Shown here one piece after another: positions 9,597 through 19,853 of a DNA stretch of 64,000 nucleotides. Position 1 is the stretch's first letter, and each line of letters opens with the position of its first letter. A model generated the notes under the pieces. It saw nothing but the letters and a program-made list of their open reading frames with translations, was not told the origin of the DNA and searched no databases. A program made the translations under genes and the position numbers. Origin of the DNA: Candidatus Dojkabacteria bacterium (GTDB lineage: Bacteria; Patescibacteriota; Dojkabacteria; SC72); assembly GCA_035370405.1 (NCBI GenBank), contig DAOOVT010000001.1:485-64484 (forward strand), read 5' to 3'.

Positions 9597-11507
9597 ATGA
9601 AATCAGTTTACAAGACAGTCACTACAGTCCTCATACTATTTTCTCTGATGATACATCCTTCTTTAGCATCTTCTAAAAAAGGAGACTTCATCATAGATAC
9701 AGATACTGAATTTTCATACACAACTGGAAATGACTATGTAACTGTAAAAACTGAGTATATTAGAGAAGTTCTAAACGAAAACTATTATCTACCTGCTCAA
9801 GGAGAAAGAATCTTCCATCTCCCAGATGCATCAGCAACATCTCAAGAAAAAGTAAATGAAGAAAGAGAATACAAACTCTCAACCCTTAAAGTTGTAAATG
9901 AACTTGGAACACCTTTGAAATATGAAGTAGAACAACTTAATATCGGAGAAGGAATCTACATTAAGGTTGGTAATTACCGAGACACTACTGTGAGTTCTCC
10001 ATACCATGTTACAGTGACATACAACACCCATGATTATGTCCTAAAGGCAGGAAATTACATAACCATAGTAGGAACATCTCTTCCAAAAGACATTAAATTT
10101 GAAGAGGTAGATGAGAACAATGGAACAACAACATATTACAACTATTATTTTAGAATAGTAACAGACAAAAATATTCCTCCGCTCAGCAAAATATTTCCCA
10201 AGTTTTCCAAATCAGAAAATAGCTCTCATGTATATTATGAATTTGCCCAAACTGACCGAATAGAAAATGCTCCTGTGCTAGAATTCGGAACAAATGCAAC
10301 ATACAAATTTGAACTTTCTTACACTACTCCCAAGACTGATAATATGACACCAACTGTGTATTCGGACATTTTCCAATCAGTATCTACTAATATATATGAG
10401 CTATCCCTTCCTAGAGAATTCTCTGAAACAAACCAACATGTTTACTTCGAGAATGTTTCCCCTCTTCCTAAAAGAATACATGTAGACAGTGAAGGAAACC
10501 TTTTAGCAACTTTCGAAGTACCAGCAAACAAAGAGAGTAATATAACAATAACAGGATATATCACTGTGCAGCAGAATGAATATGAAAAGCAAAATAACAA
10601 TGCTCTCTCAATAGAATTAACCGATTATTATTCTAAAATACAGCAATGGAGTACTTCAAATACCTATCTCAGACCCACAAAATTTTGGCAAAGTACTGAT
10701 CAATATATTGTACAAATTGCAAATTCTCTGCTTAAGGATCAAGCCACTTTACTCGATGTCATCAAAGCAGACTACAAGTTTGTGGGAGACACCTTAGAAT
10801 ATGACGATGAGAAAGCTAATTCTGATAACACAAGAATAGGTGCAGTTGCTGCCCTATCAGGTGGAAAATCAGTTTGTATGGAATACGCAGATTCGCTGAT
10901 TGCAATCCTAAGAGCACAAGGAATTCCTGCTAGAGCAGCACTAGGATACACCAATATTGTAGATCAAAGTGTTAAACAGATAAGGCACCAATGGGTTCAG
11001 ATATGGGTACCAGATTATGGATGGCTGTCAGTAGATCCAACATTTGAAAGCGAGAATATGAAAATAGGACCAATGATAGACAGAATACTCTGGGAAACAT
11101 TCAACGGAGATTCTCTTTCTAACATTATGATTTATTCTGCTGACAAGTTGCAAAATCTTAGTAATGAAGGCTTTTCATTAACAATATACTCTGCAGAAGA
11201 AACCTTCAATCCTGCCAACCTCATGACTTATACAGATTTACTAAAAGATCAACCAATAGAAAGTGCAGAGCAATACAGAGTATCCTACTGGTTAGACACT
11301 CTTCTAAAAGCCACTGTCCTAGGACGAGCCATACTCATCACAATACCAGTCATCATTTGTGTCTTAGTAGTTGTAATCATTATCACAATAATAAAAGAAA
11401 TTCGCAGAAAGATAAAAACAAAGAACATTAAAAGACAACTAACAAACAAAGACCAAAATGCAAACCTACTTAGGTATTCAGAAACTTCAGAAACTTCTAA
11501 AAAGTAA
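9597..11507 (+). CDS. Secreted transglutaminase-like cysteine-protease-domain protein with a C-terminal TM anchor.
   Basis: Signal peptide (MKSVYKTVTTVLILFSLMIHPSLASS). A Cys-His-Asp triad context (GGKSVCMEYADSL...RHQWVQIWVPDYGWLSVDPTF). C-terminal TM (ILITIPVIICVLVVVIIITII) and a basic tail. Confidence 0.7.
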   Translation: MKSVYKTVTTVLILFSLMIHPSLASSKKGDFIIDTDTEFSYTTGNDYVTVKTEYIREVLNENYYLPAQGERIFHLPDASATSQEKVNEEREYKLSTLKVVNELGTPLKYEVEQLNIGEGIYIKVGNYRDTTVSSPYHVTVTYNTHDYVLKAGNYITIVGTSLPKDIKFEEVDENNGTTTYYNYYFRIVTDKNIPPLSKIFPKFSKSENSSHVYYEFAQTDRIENAPVLEFGTNATYKFELSYTTPKTDNMTPTVYSDIFQSVSTNIYELSLPREFSETNQHVYFENVSPLPKRIHVDSEGNLLATFEVPANKESNITITGYITVQQNEYEKQNNNALSIELTDYYSKIQQWSTSNTYLRPTKFWQSTDQYIVQIANSLLKDQATLLDVIKADYKFVGDTLEYDDEKANSDNTRIGAVAALSGGKSVCMEYADSLIAILRAQGIPARAALGYTNIVDQSVKQIRHQWVQIWVPDYGWLSVDPTFESENMKIGPMIDRILWETFNGDSLSNIMIYSADKLQNLSNEGFSLTIYSAEETFNPANLMTYTDLLKDQPIESAEQYRVSYWLDTLLKATVLGRAILITIPVIICVLVVVIIITIIKEIRRKIKTKNIKRQLTNKDQNANLLRYSETSETSKK

Positions 11508-13005
11508 ATAACCTATCTATATCTAAGAAGCCTCTTCCTGCTAAAAGACGATTTTCTGTTGTCGCACATAATGTAAGTAAGGGTTCCCCTTTCTTCACAC
11601 TCTCTCCAGGCATTTTTTCTATACGAATTCCAGCCTCCTTTATAATAGGACTCCCTAAAGCTCTAGCTATAGTAACAAGAGAAACATTGTCTATTCTCTT
11701 AATTACACCATCTCTATCTGAAAGAAGTGAATATCTTAACTTTCCACCATGAATATCTGTAGAAACAACCCTTTTAGTTGCTCCCTGAGCAAAAGCTATT
11801 TCCCAAAACTTCTCTAAAGCTCTCCCAGAATCTAGTATCTCCTCTGCCATCTCTTTCCCCTCCCCTATCCTTGCCTTCTTAGTATTCTCAAAAATTTTTC
11901 CAGCCATCTCCAATATTACTTTCTCAAGTTCAAGACTCCTATTCTCTGTCCTTTCCAAAAGCCTAAGTGCTTCCCTTATTTCAAGATTGGGCCCTATACT
12001 CCTTCCATCAGGACCTTTAATTGGTCTCTTAATAGTCTCACATTCTATTCCGAATTTCTTAAAAAGCTTTCTAAATTGTCTATCTAGCATATCCACATCA
12101 TCAGGGCTCTCAACTTTTGAACCCTTTCCATATGGAAGATCTATGAGAACATTTGTTATTCCCATACAAACCTTCTTTGCAACAATACTCACCAGAACTT
12201 TCTGAAACTCTTGTATACGCAAAGACCTTTCTACATTAATAATCACATCATCTGCAGGAGACAATTTCAAAGACCCTCCCCAAAACATGCATCCTCCAGT
12301 CTTCTTCACTACATCTAAAACCTTGTCCTTATCCAAAGCTACAGGCATAACTACCTCCAAAATATCTGTAGTCCCAGCTGGAGAAGTAATAGCTCTCGTT
12401 GAAGTATTAGGGACAATTAAGCCACCCTCCACTAGTATGGGAACTAATGTAGGAGTTATAGCCTTCCCTGCAACACCACCTATTGAATGCTTATCTGCAA
12501 CTAAATCCCCATTTCCCCTTATCCCTTTAAAAGACAAAGTATCTCCAGATTCCGCCATCCCTTTAGTCATCCAGTAAATCTCATCATCATTAAAACCCGG
12601 ATTAAAAAAAGTCGATATAAAAAAGGCAATCTCCGTCTCTCTTAACTGCCTAGTACCAATATCCTTCATTATTCCTTCCAATTCATTTTTTGTAAGTGTC
12701 TTACCCATCAACTTCTTACTAATTGCATTAAGAGATGGACTTGGTTCATGCACATCAACAAAAATACTAGTCCCCTCATCTAAATCGTATTCCTTCCAAA
12801 TCTCTTCAAACAATCCTATACACCCTTCTGGAACCTTAGAATCCGTCTCCATCACATCAGCATACAACTCTACTTCTCCAAACCCTATCATTATCGATTC
12901 CCCTTCTCTAAACCCTATCCTTTCCGCATCTTTTCTATTCAAAACAATATTAAAATCATTATCTTCTCCCAAATCTAGATTTTTACTTTTCAAGTAGCAT
13001 CCCAT
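11497..13005 (-). CDS. AMP phosphorylase (archaeal-type DeoA-like thymidine phosphorylase family with an N-terminal extension).
   Basis: KHSIGGVAGKAITPTLVPILVEGG (the KHSTGG motif of the pyrimidine-nucleoside phosphorylase family). N-terminal domain IVLNRKDAERIGFREGESIMI is as in archaeal AMP phosphorylases. Confidence 0.75.
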   Translation of the reverse strand: MGCYLKSKNLDLGEDNDFNIVLNRKDAERIGFREGESIMIGFGEVELYADVMETDSKVPEGCIGLFEEIWKEYDLDEGTSIFVDVHEPSPSLNAISKKLMGKTLTKNELEGIMKDIGTRQLRETEIAFFISTFFNPGFNDDEIYWMTKGMAESGDTLSFKGIRGNGDLVADKHSIGGVAGKAITPTLVPILVEGGLIVPNTSTRAITSPAGTTDILEVVMPVALDKDKVLDVVKKTGGCMFWGGSLKLSPADDVIINVERSLRIQEFQKVLVSIVAKKVCMGITNVLIDLPYGKGSKVESPDDVDMLDRQFRKLFKKFGIECETIKRPIKGPDGRSIGPNLEIREALRLLERTENRSLELEKVILEMAGKIFENTKKARIGEGKEMAEEILDSGRALEKFWEIAFAQGATKRVVSTDIHGGKLRYSLLSDRDGVIKRIDNVSLVTIARALGSPIIKEAGIRIEKMPGESVKKGEPLLTLCATTENRLLAGRGFLDIDRLFTF

Positions 13006-13017
13006 TTATTTTATAGA

Positions 13018-13986
13018 TTAAATTAATTTATTAGAACTATTAACACTATCAAACATCCATGGATATTTAGCAAAAGCCTCCCGCTCCAAATCTTGAGGCT
13101 TTACTATTCCAGATTCAGTAACATATCCTGTAATCAATTCACTATCAACTATCTCAAAAGCAGGATTATACATCTCCAATTCAGCTGGAGCCTCACTCCA
13201 AAGTTCTCTGCTCTCTCTCACTTCTATTTTAGCAAACTTATCTGAACTCTTATCAAATTTAAGCATCGGAGAGACTACATACACTGGCTTATCTGCATAA
13301 TGGGCAGCCATGGCTATTCCCCAGCTACCAATCTTATTTATAGCATGCCCTCCCCTTGTTATTTGATCACACCCCAAAAATACAGCCTCTATTGGAACAT
13401 TACCTCTACCAATCACAAATGATTCTGCAGCACTATCTGCTATCATTGTCGTCTTAATCCTAGATTCAACAAGGCTTTTAGCTGTTTTCCTTCCTTGAAA
13501 CATTGGTCGTGTCTCTGTACAAACCACCTCAAATTTCTGATTCCCCTTTGCTAAAGACTTTATTAGTGAAACAGCGGTTGACGAATGACAATGTGTTAAA
13601 AGCTTATCAAAATGGGATAAATGTAATGTCCCAATACCAATCAAATCTCTTTTTGCCGTTTCAACCATGTCCAAATACTCATTACAAAGACTCTCAAGCT
13701 TTTGTTTCATAGTATCAACATATGGTAAAACAGAAAATTCCTTCTCAAAAGAATACTTAACAAATGTTACACCATTTCTAGCCAGTGGCTCATTCTCTCT
13801 GGTCTTAGCAAGCATATCCCCAACTTCAAAAAATTCATCTTTAAGCTTCTGTGAATCGTTTATCTCACTATTCTTCAGATACAACTTCATACCTTCGAAA
13901 CAAGCTATACACACATTAGTAGCCCCTTGTATGTTCAAATTTTTTATATCCTTTTGTATTTCTTCTATCTCGGCATATCTTTGCAT
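13018..13986 (-). CDS. eIF-2B alpha/beta/delta-family isomerase, likely ribose-1,5-bisphosphate isomerase.
   Basis: ETRPMFQGRKTAKSL...IADSAAESFV...AVFLGCDQITRGG is the eIF2B-like fold. It sits immediately downstream of the AMP phosphorylase. Confidence 0.55.
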   Translation of the reverse strand: MQRYAEIEEIQKDIKNLNIQGATNVCIACFEGMKLYLKNSEINDSQKLKDEFFEVGDMLAKTRENEPLARNGVTFVKYSFEKEFSVLPYVDTMKQKLESLCNEYLDMVETAKRDLIGIGTLHLSHFDKLLTHCHSSTAVSLIKSLAKGNQKFEVVCTETRPMFQGRKTAKSLVESRIKTTMIADSAAESFVIGRGNVPIEAVFLGCDQITRGGHAINKIGSWGIAMAAHYADKPVYVVSPMLKFDKSSDKFAKIEVRESRELWSEAPAELEMYNPAFEIVDSELITGYVTESGIVKPQDLEREAFAKYPWMFDSVNSSNKLI

Positions 13987-13995
13987 ATAATATTT

Positions 13996-15396
13996 TTACT
14001 CTAATCTAAATTCTTCCTGATAGTTTGGAATAGATATATCTATCTTAAACTCCTGCTTAATATTACTGGCAAAACTTTCTATGACATCTTCATCTCCATG
14101 AACCAAAAATATCTGTCTTGGAGAATGCCCAAACCCCCTCAGCCAATATCTCAAATCCCTTTGATCAGCATGCCCTGAAAATCCATTTAGAGTATATAGC
14201 TTCGCATTATTCTCCACCTCTGTTCCCATTATTCTCAAAATCTTCTCTCCATCAACAATTCTTCTTCCTAAAGTTCCTTTCACTTGGTATCCTACTATAA
14301 CCATACGAGTCTTTGGATCAGAAATATTATTCTTAATATGATGAACTATCCTTCCCCCATTGCACATTCCACTCCCAGCAATAATTGCTACGCCTTTCTT
14401 AGATATTAGTCTTTTCGATTCCTCCGCGGACTCTATTTTTATCAAACCTTCAAAATCAAATGGATCATCACCTTTCTTGAGAAGTCTTCTCGCATCCTCA
14501 TCATAGAAATCGGGATACCTTCTAAAAACTTCTGTCGCTTTGGACGCCATTGGACTATCGAGATAGACAGGCATTCCTGACAACAATCTATTTTCAAAAA
14601 ACAGGTTAATTTCGTACAGAACTTCCTGTGTCCTCTCTATAGCGAAGGAAGGTATAAGGACATTACCCCCTTCCTTTTGAGCCTCTTGCATTGCAGCAAG
14701 CAATTCTAAAACAGTTTCGTTTCTATCTTTATGCAATCTATTCCCATATGTAGATTCACAAATCACATAATCAGCCTCACGAATCATGTCCGTATCATTA
14801 ACTATTCTCGCTCCAGGCTGTCCTAGATCTCCAGAAAAAACCATCTTTCTTGTTCTTTCCGCCTCATTTTCTATCCAAAATTCAAATATTGATGAACCAA
14901 GAATATGGCCAGCATCTCTCATTCTAAACTCTAATTTTGGAGTTAGATTTACAGAATTTCCATATGGATACACTTCAAAGTACCTCATACATTCTTCCAC
15001 ATCTTGCTCTGTGAATAGCACTTTCTTCGTTGCTCCCTCCTCGCCTACTCCCTTACTCCTAGTCTCCCACCTCTTCATTTCCTCCTCCTGAAGATTGGCC
15101 GAATCTAAAAGAATTATTTTCGTTAAATCTCTCGTCGGCTGTGTACAAATTATCCTTCCTCTAAAACCTTGCTTAACAAGTTGTGGAATTCTACCAGAAT
15201 GATCAAAATGAGCATGTGTTAAGAACAAGAAATCTATATCTGCAGGATTAAACGGAAATGGATCATAGTTCATTTTTTCCAATTCCTCTCCTCCTTGAAA
15301 TGCTCCACAGTCAACAAGAAACTTAACCGAATCAGTTTGAACATAGAAGCATGACCCTGTTACAGTCTTTGTTGCTCCAAGAAATTGTATAGTCAT
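13996..15396 (-). CDS. MBL-fold beta-CASP RNA-metabolising hydrolase.
   Basis: LTHAHFDHSGRIP (HxHxDH metallo-beta-lactamase motif). A C-terminal beta-CASP-like region (LNGFSGHADQRDL). Confidence 0.7.
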   Translation of the reverse strand: MTIQFLGATKTVTGSCFYVQTDSVKFLVDCGAFQGGEELEKMNYDPFPFNPADIDFLFLTHAHFDHSGRIPQLVKQGFRGRIICTQPTRDLTKIILLDSANLQEEEMKRWETRSKGVGEEGATKKVLFTEQDVEECMRYFEVYPYGNSVNLTPKLEFRMRDAGHILGSSIFEFWIENEAERTRKMVFSGDLGQPGARIVNDTDMIREADYVICESTYGNRLHKDRNETVLELLAAMQEAQKEGGNVLIPSFAIERTQEVLYEINLFFENRLLSGMPVYLDSPMASKATEVFRRYPDFYDEDARRLLKKGDDPFDFEGLIKIESAEESKRLISKKGVAIIAGSGMCNGGRIVHHIKNNISDPKTRMVIVGYQVKGTLGRRIVDGEKILRIMGTEVENNAKLYTLNGFSGHADQRDLRYWLRGFGHSPRQIFLVHGDEDVIESFASNIKQEFKIDISIPNYQEEFRLE

Positions 15397-15450
15397 CTAG
15401 GCAGTAAATAAAATCTAAACTGATATATAATAGAGGATATCTTAATGTAA

Positions 15451-16887
15451 TTACAACTCTCCTCTATTTTTCTTCAAAGACAAGGCTTTTTTCACAAGCT
15501 CCTCTTTAGTATTGAGCATAGGATTATCTATAACCATATCTAGAAGTTCTCTAAGAATTAAACCCATTTCTGGACCTGTTTTTACTCCGATATTTGCTAA
15601 ATCATTCCCTGTTATCTTTAGATCGGTAACTTTCAGTGCCATATCTTTTTTCCTAACCTCAGATATCCTGTTTTGTAATTCTGTTATCTCCTCTGGACGG
15701 AAGTTAGAGCTTGAGTTTGAAATAGCATCTGCAAGTCTTAATTTGAAAAGATCTTCAATGTTTTCCTCCCCAACACGCTGTATAAACCTTCTTACTGCTG
15801 TATCACTCCACTCTTTTTCTCTAACTTTCTCTTTCTCCTCTTCTGACATATCTCCTTCTATGTGAGGATAATAGAACATATGGTTTAGTATCAATTTCTT
15901 AACCTTATTTATTTCATTTTGAGGGAATTTCATTCTTCTCATAATTTCTTCTGCCATTTTAGCTCCCATTAAGTCATGACCATAAAAATGTCCATTGTTC
16001 ATATCAGTTCGTGGTTTAGCTATATCATGCAGCAATGCAGCAAGTTTAACAGAATCATGAGCTACATCACATGTTTTAAGTGAATGCCAATACACATCAT
16101 CTGAATGATATAGTTTCTGTTGAACATTTATTCCCTCTAACAGTTCTGGCATGAACAAACTCAAAAGGCCTGTCTGTCTCATTAGCTCTATTCCTACCGA
16201 TGGTTTTGGTGAATTCAAAAGCATCTTCATAAACTCATCTCTAATTCTTTCCATAGAAACCATCGATGCTATAGGTAGAGATTGTTTAATTGCTTCAAAT
16301 GTTTCTTTCTCAATACTAAACCCATACTGAGATGCTAAGCGACAAGCCTTAAATGCTCTCAAACCATCTTCTTTAAATCTATCTATAGGTGTACCAACCG
16401 CCCTCACAAGCTTTTTTTGAATGTCTTCTATACCATTAAACGGATCATATATTTCGACCTCATATTTTTCCTTCCCACTCCCCAAATCAAGCAAACTTAA
16501 ATCAACAGCCATTGCATTAAATGTAAAATCCCTCCTTCCTAAATCTTTATCTATATCTTTCACAAATTTCACACTAGCAGGCCATCTACCATCGACATAA
16601 TCAGACTCACTCCTAAATGTTGTAACTTCAACTTCATGGGTTTCTCCAAACTCATCTTGTGCCAAAGCTATGACTGTACCAAATCGCACTCCAGTTGAAA
16701 CAGATTTAGGAAACAACTCTATCATCTCATCAGGCAGAGCATCAGTCGCTAAATCATAATCATGAGGATTTCCACCTATGACTATGTCTCTCAATGCCCC
16801 GCCAACCAAATAGCATTGATATCCATTATCTATTAACTTTTTAGCTGTGCTTTGCACATACTTTGGTATTGTTATTTCTATTTTCAT
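15451..16887 (-). CDS. cca: CCA-adding enzyme / tRNA nucleotidyltransferase with an HD domain.
   Basis: LVGGALRDIVIGGNPHDYDLAT (polymerase beta-like head). HD region LAALLHDIAKP. Start taken at MKIEIT. Confidence 0.8.
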   Translation of the reverse strand: MKIEITIPKYVQSTAKKLIDNGYQCYLVGGALRDIVIGGNPHDYDLATDALPDEMIELFPKSVSTGVRFGTVIALAQDEFGETHEVEVTTFRSESDYVDGRWPASVKFVKDIDKDLGRRDFTFNAMAVDLSLLDLGSGKEKYEVEIYDPFNGIEDIQKKLVRAVGTPIDRFKEDGLRAFKACRLASQYGFSIEKETFEAIKQSLPIASMVSMERIRDEFMKMLLNSPKPSVGIELMRQTGLLSLFMPELLEGINVQQKLYHSDDVYWHSLKTCDVAHDSVKLAALLHDIAKPRTDMNNGHFYGHDLMGAKMAEEIMRRMKFPQNEINKVKKLILNHMFYYPHIEGDMSEEEKEKVREKEWSDTAVRRFIQRVGEENIEDLFKLRLADAISNSSSNFRPEEITELQNRISEVRKKDMALKVTDLKITGNDLANIGVKTGPEMGLILRELLDMVIDNPMLNTKEELVKKALSLKKNRGEL

Positions 16888-18127
16888 AATTTTTCCTTTT
16901 TCTGACATAAGAATACCAAAGATACATATCAACAACAAGGAATATGATTAACTTTGTATTTTGTATAAATGTTTTTGGGAGAGAGAAATCCTCGGAATAT
17001 ACTCCAGATACCACCCCTTTTTCTTGCAAATCATTTTCTACAAGAAGATCCTCAAACATATAGTTCGGATTATTTTCAGGCATATTTGTAACATTATTAA
17101 TATCCTCACCGCTAGTTAAATCGACATACTCAATTGTATTTGAAGCCATGGTATACGGGATTATTGTTATACAGTAATTTCCTGTATTTGGATTCGTAAA
17201 TGCACCTCCTACAATCCCACCATCTAATCGGTAACTGAAAACAGGTACTGTATACAAACCTAATATCCTAAAATTCTCTTCTGCACCAACAGAGCATCTA
17301 GTAATACTATTTGGATTCTCTATGAAAATGTTTCCTAAATCGATTGCTCCTCCAGCATTTCTCACTGTACTATCTACCATATATTCTAATATTTTTTCTT
17401 CACCACCACTTAAGGTGAAATTTACAGAATAGTTCAGATGTCTTAGTACTAAATTTTCTAGTATATTGCTTGTATTATTCTTTACGGTTACTGCAATCTT
17501 AAAATTCTCTTCGCTTTTATCAACATGTATGTTTTCCATTTTCAAAGGATTTTTTACATACAACGAACCAATATTCATATTTCCTAATTCTCCATCCGCA
17601 ATTTTTGACACATCATCTATCTGAAGATATTTTCCATCTCTTACAAATGTTTGACCTGTCCTCAACATGCTTACACTCGTCTCCACGATATTCTCTTGTG
17701 TCTCAATTATCTCCGCTAAACCAAGATCCCCAGATAAATTAGAAGAAAGTGGTACTAAAATGTAGGAGAGATCAATTGCATGACCAGCACTGTTTTTATA
17801 CAAGTAGACTAAGTCTATTCTTGATTCTGGAGGAACAGATACTCTATCACCAATCCCTGGGATTGTTCTAGCACCATTAAAGTCAGTTACAGTATCAATA
17901 CTGTTAGAATCACGGAATGAAGAGGTGTCAACACCTATGATATTGTTTGTATCAAACTCAACTATCCTATTTATCTCAGATGATGGCAATGACCCTATTG
18001 TGTAAGCAACAGATTGATACAATCTATTTCCCGTATTATCTCCTGTATTATTAAACTCATCAGCTTGTACGATAGAAGGAAAAACTAGAAGAGCACCAAT
18101 CACCACCAGTATTTTTAAAAAATACAT
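16841..18127 (-). CDS. Secreted protein with a C-terminal TM anchor and a basic tail.
   Basis: Signal peptide MYFLKILVVIGALLVFPSIVQA. C-terminal TM LIIFLVVDMYLWYSY, then RKRKNYENR. Confidence 0.4.
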   Translation of the reverse strand: MYFLKILVVIGALLVFPSIVQADEFNNTGDNTGNRLYQSVAYTIGSLPSSEINRIVEFDTNNIIGVDTSSFRDSNSIDTVTDFNGARTIPGIGDRVSVPPESRIDLVYLYKNSAGHAIDLSYILVPLSSNLSGDLGLAEIIETQENIVETSVSMLRTGQTFVRDGKYLQIDDVSKIADGELGNMNIGSLYVKNPLKMENIHVDKSEENFKIAVTVKNNTSNILENLVLRHLNYSVNFTLSGGEEKILEYMVDSTVRNAGGAIDLGNIFIENPNSITRCSVGAEENFRILGLYTVPVFSYRLDGGIVGGAFTNPNTGNYCITIIPYTMASNTIEYVDLTSGEDINNVTNMPENNPNYMFEDLLVENDLQEKGVVSGVYSEDFSLPKTFIQNTKLIIFLVVDMYLWYSYVRKRKNYENRNNNTKVCAKHS

Positions 18128-18192
18128 AGATATGTTCCTGATAATTTAGCAGGAACATATTAATTTACTCACATTAAACTAAGATTAACTCT

Positions 18193-19839
18193 CTATGCTT
18201 TTTCCTTTATTCTAACCTTTTCGGTAACATAGAAATTCCTCTTGTACTTACCCAATCCTAGCATCATTTCTGTTACTGCTTGTACATATGGAATAAAGGA
18301 AAATGTAATCATATTTACAACTATCAAATATGTTTCTAAAAAATCCAGAACATATCTATACCATTTCCAACCTTTTGGAACAGGAGTTATTTTTCTCTTA
18401 AAAATCACTATTGCTATATTGGAAAGCATAATAATTGTGAAGACATAGCTAAGCATCTTTGGAAGATTATATGCGAACACTGTATATTGATAATCTTTAT
18501 TTAGTATCTGCATAATATTAAGACCAAAGGTAAGAACAAACACTACTGTTAGAAACCATAAATATTCAAGCATCATTTTCATCATAACTAACTTCCTTCT
18601 TGTTGGAAATTCATCTTTTTCTATAGATAGTTCTGCTAAAGTTATGGGATAGGTAATAATTCCCCAACCCCATCTGTACTGCTGTTTGTAAAAAGATACA
18701 TGAGACTTAACAAAATCTTCATTTTCAACAGCATCATTATATGTAGGAATGTACACAACCTCACTCTTGAATGTACCTTTACTTCGTGTCATAGAGTTCC
18801 AATAGAATGCAGTGTCATCATTTGGAATTTCGGGATCCCAAAATTCAATATCTTCTAATGTTTTTAGGTTGACAATGTATGAAGAAAAAGTTTCCTTTGA
18901 ACTTACCGTCTCCTTTGTAAAAGGTATTTTAAATGTCTGATCAAAAACCCATTGATGAAGCATTACAAGAGTAAGCATATTTGATTGATTTCTAATCAAT
19001 GGTGGAACATTCCATATGTTGTTATTAAATGTATGAACCGCAGAAGCATAGAATGTCATATTAGGATTCTCTGTAGTTAGATACTTATACATAACAGCAG
19101 ATAGATACTTCTCATGAGGTCTTAAATCAGAATCACATGTTATGAGCAGATATTTTGATATATCTTTACCTTCTTTTCTTAAATCCTCAACGAAGTGCCT
19201 AGAAGCCCAATTAATATTAGCACCCTTAACTCCTGATACCTCCCCTGGTATACCGCTTGGATGGATATAATAGTGCATACTCCCAAACTTCTTGCCATAC
19301 CTCTCTTTCAACTTCTTAAAATTCTCAATCTGAATATCCTGCTTTTTTTCTTCAATAGCCATAACAACATCAATCTTTTCTGCACCTATATCACTCTTTG
19401 ACCATGCTTTAAAAGAAGGATCCAGTATCTCTAAACTTTCAGAATATACTGGACATAAATACACAAACCGCATCTCTTTAAAAATCTTTTGCTTCTCTTT
19501 ACTTAATTTCTTTATTTCTGCTATCCAATCTGTTTCTAAATCCCTTTCCATCCGCTTAATTCCTATCCAGTCACCGATAACAAACTTCACTGTTCTAAAG
19601 AACCAGTACGCTACCAAGAAGGATATGTATATAACAAGAGCAGTATTAAGCTTAAATATTGCGAATATCACTGGAAGAAGCAAAAGAGTCCAAACATATA
19701 AACCTGGAAGTATTTCAAAAAACCTCCTTTTAGCATTCGACATTTGAACTGGGAATCCGCCATCTTTATCTTTTGGCTTATAGATATTGTCAGAATTAAC
19801 AACATTATCTTTTTTCATTTCCATACAGTAGTATATCAC
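18193..19839 (-). CDS. Membrane-embedded processive family-2 glycosyltransferase (cellulose/chitin/hyaluronan-synthase-like).
   Basis: N-terminal and C-terminal TM helices. ITCDSDLRP is DxD-like. QQYRWGWG matches the Q(Q/R)xRW motif of processive GT2 synthases. Confidence 0.65.
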   Translation of the reverse strand: MIYYCMEMKKDNVVNSDNIYKPKDKDGGFPVQMSNAKRRFFEILPGLYVWTLLLLPVIFAIFKLNTALVIYISFLVAYWFFRTVKFVIGDWIGIKRMERDLETDWIAEIKKLSKEKQKIFKEMRFVYLCPVYSESLEILDPSFKAWSKSDIGAEKIDVVMAIEEKKQDIQIENFKKLKERYGKKFGSMHYYIHPSGIPGEVSGVKGANINWASRHFVEDLRKEGKDISKYLLITCDSDLRPHEKYLSAVMYKYLTTENPNMTFYASAVHTFNNNIWNVPPLIRNQSNMLTLVMLHQWVFDQTFKIPFTKETVSSKETFSSYIVNLKTLEDIEFWDPEIPNDDTAFYWNSMTRSKGTFKSEVVYIPTYNDAVENEDFVKSHVSFYKQQYRWGWGIITYPITLAELSIEKDEFPTRRKLVMMKMMLEYLWFLTVVFVLTFGLNIMQILNKDYQYTVFAYNLPKMLSYVFTIIMLSNIAIVIFKRKITPVPKGWKWYRYVLDFLETYLIVVNMITFSFIPYVQAVTEMMLGLGKYKRNFYVTEKVRIKEKA

Positions 19840-19853
19840 ACATAAATTAGCAT

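Noticed and set aside
9597-11507. The idea that the transglutaminase-like protein is part of the same operon or system as the ATP-grasp cluster.
   Set aside because: It is 43 kb away, on its own transcription unit between ychF and the AMP phosphorylase. Any functional link is speculation. It is noted only as a possible detached partner.
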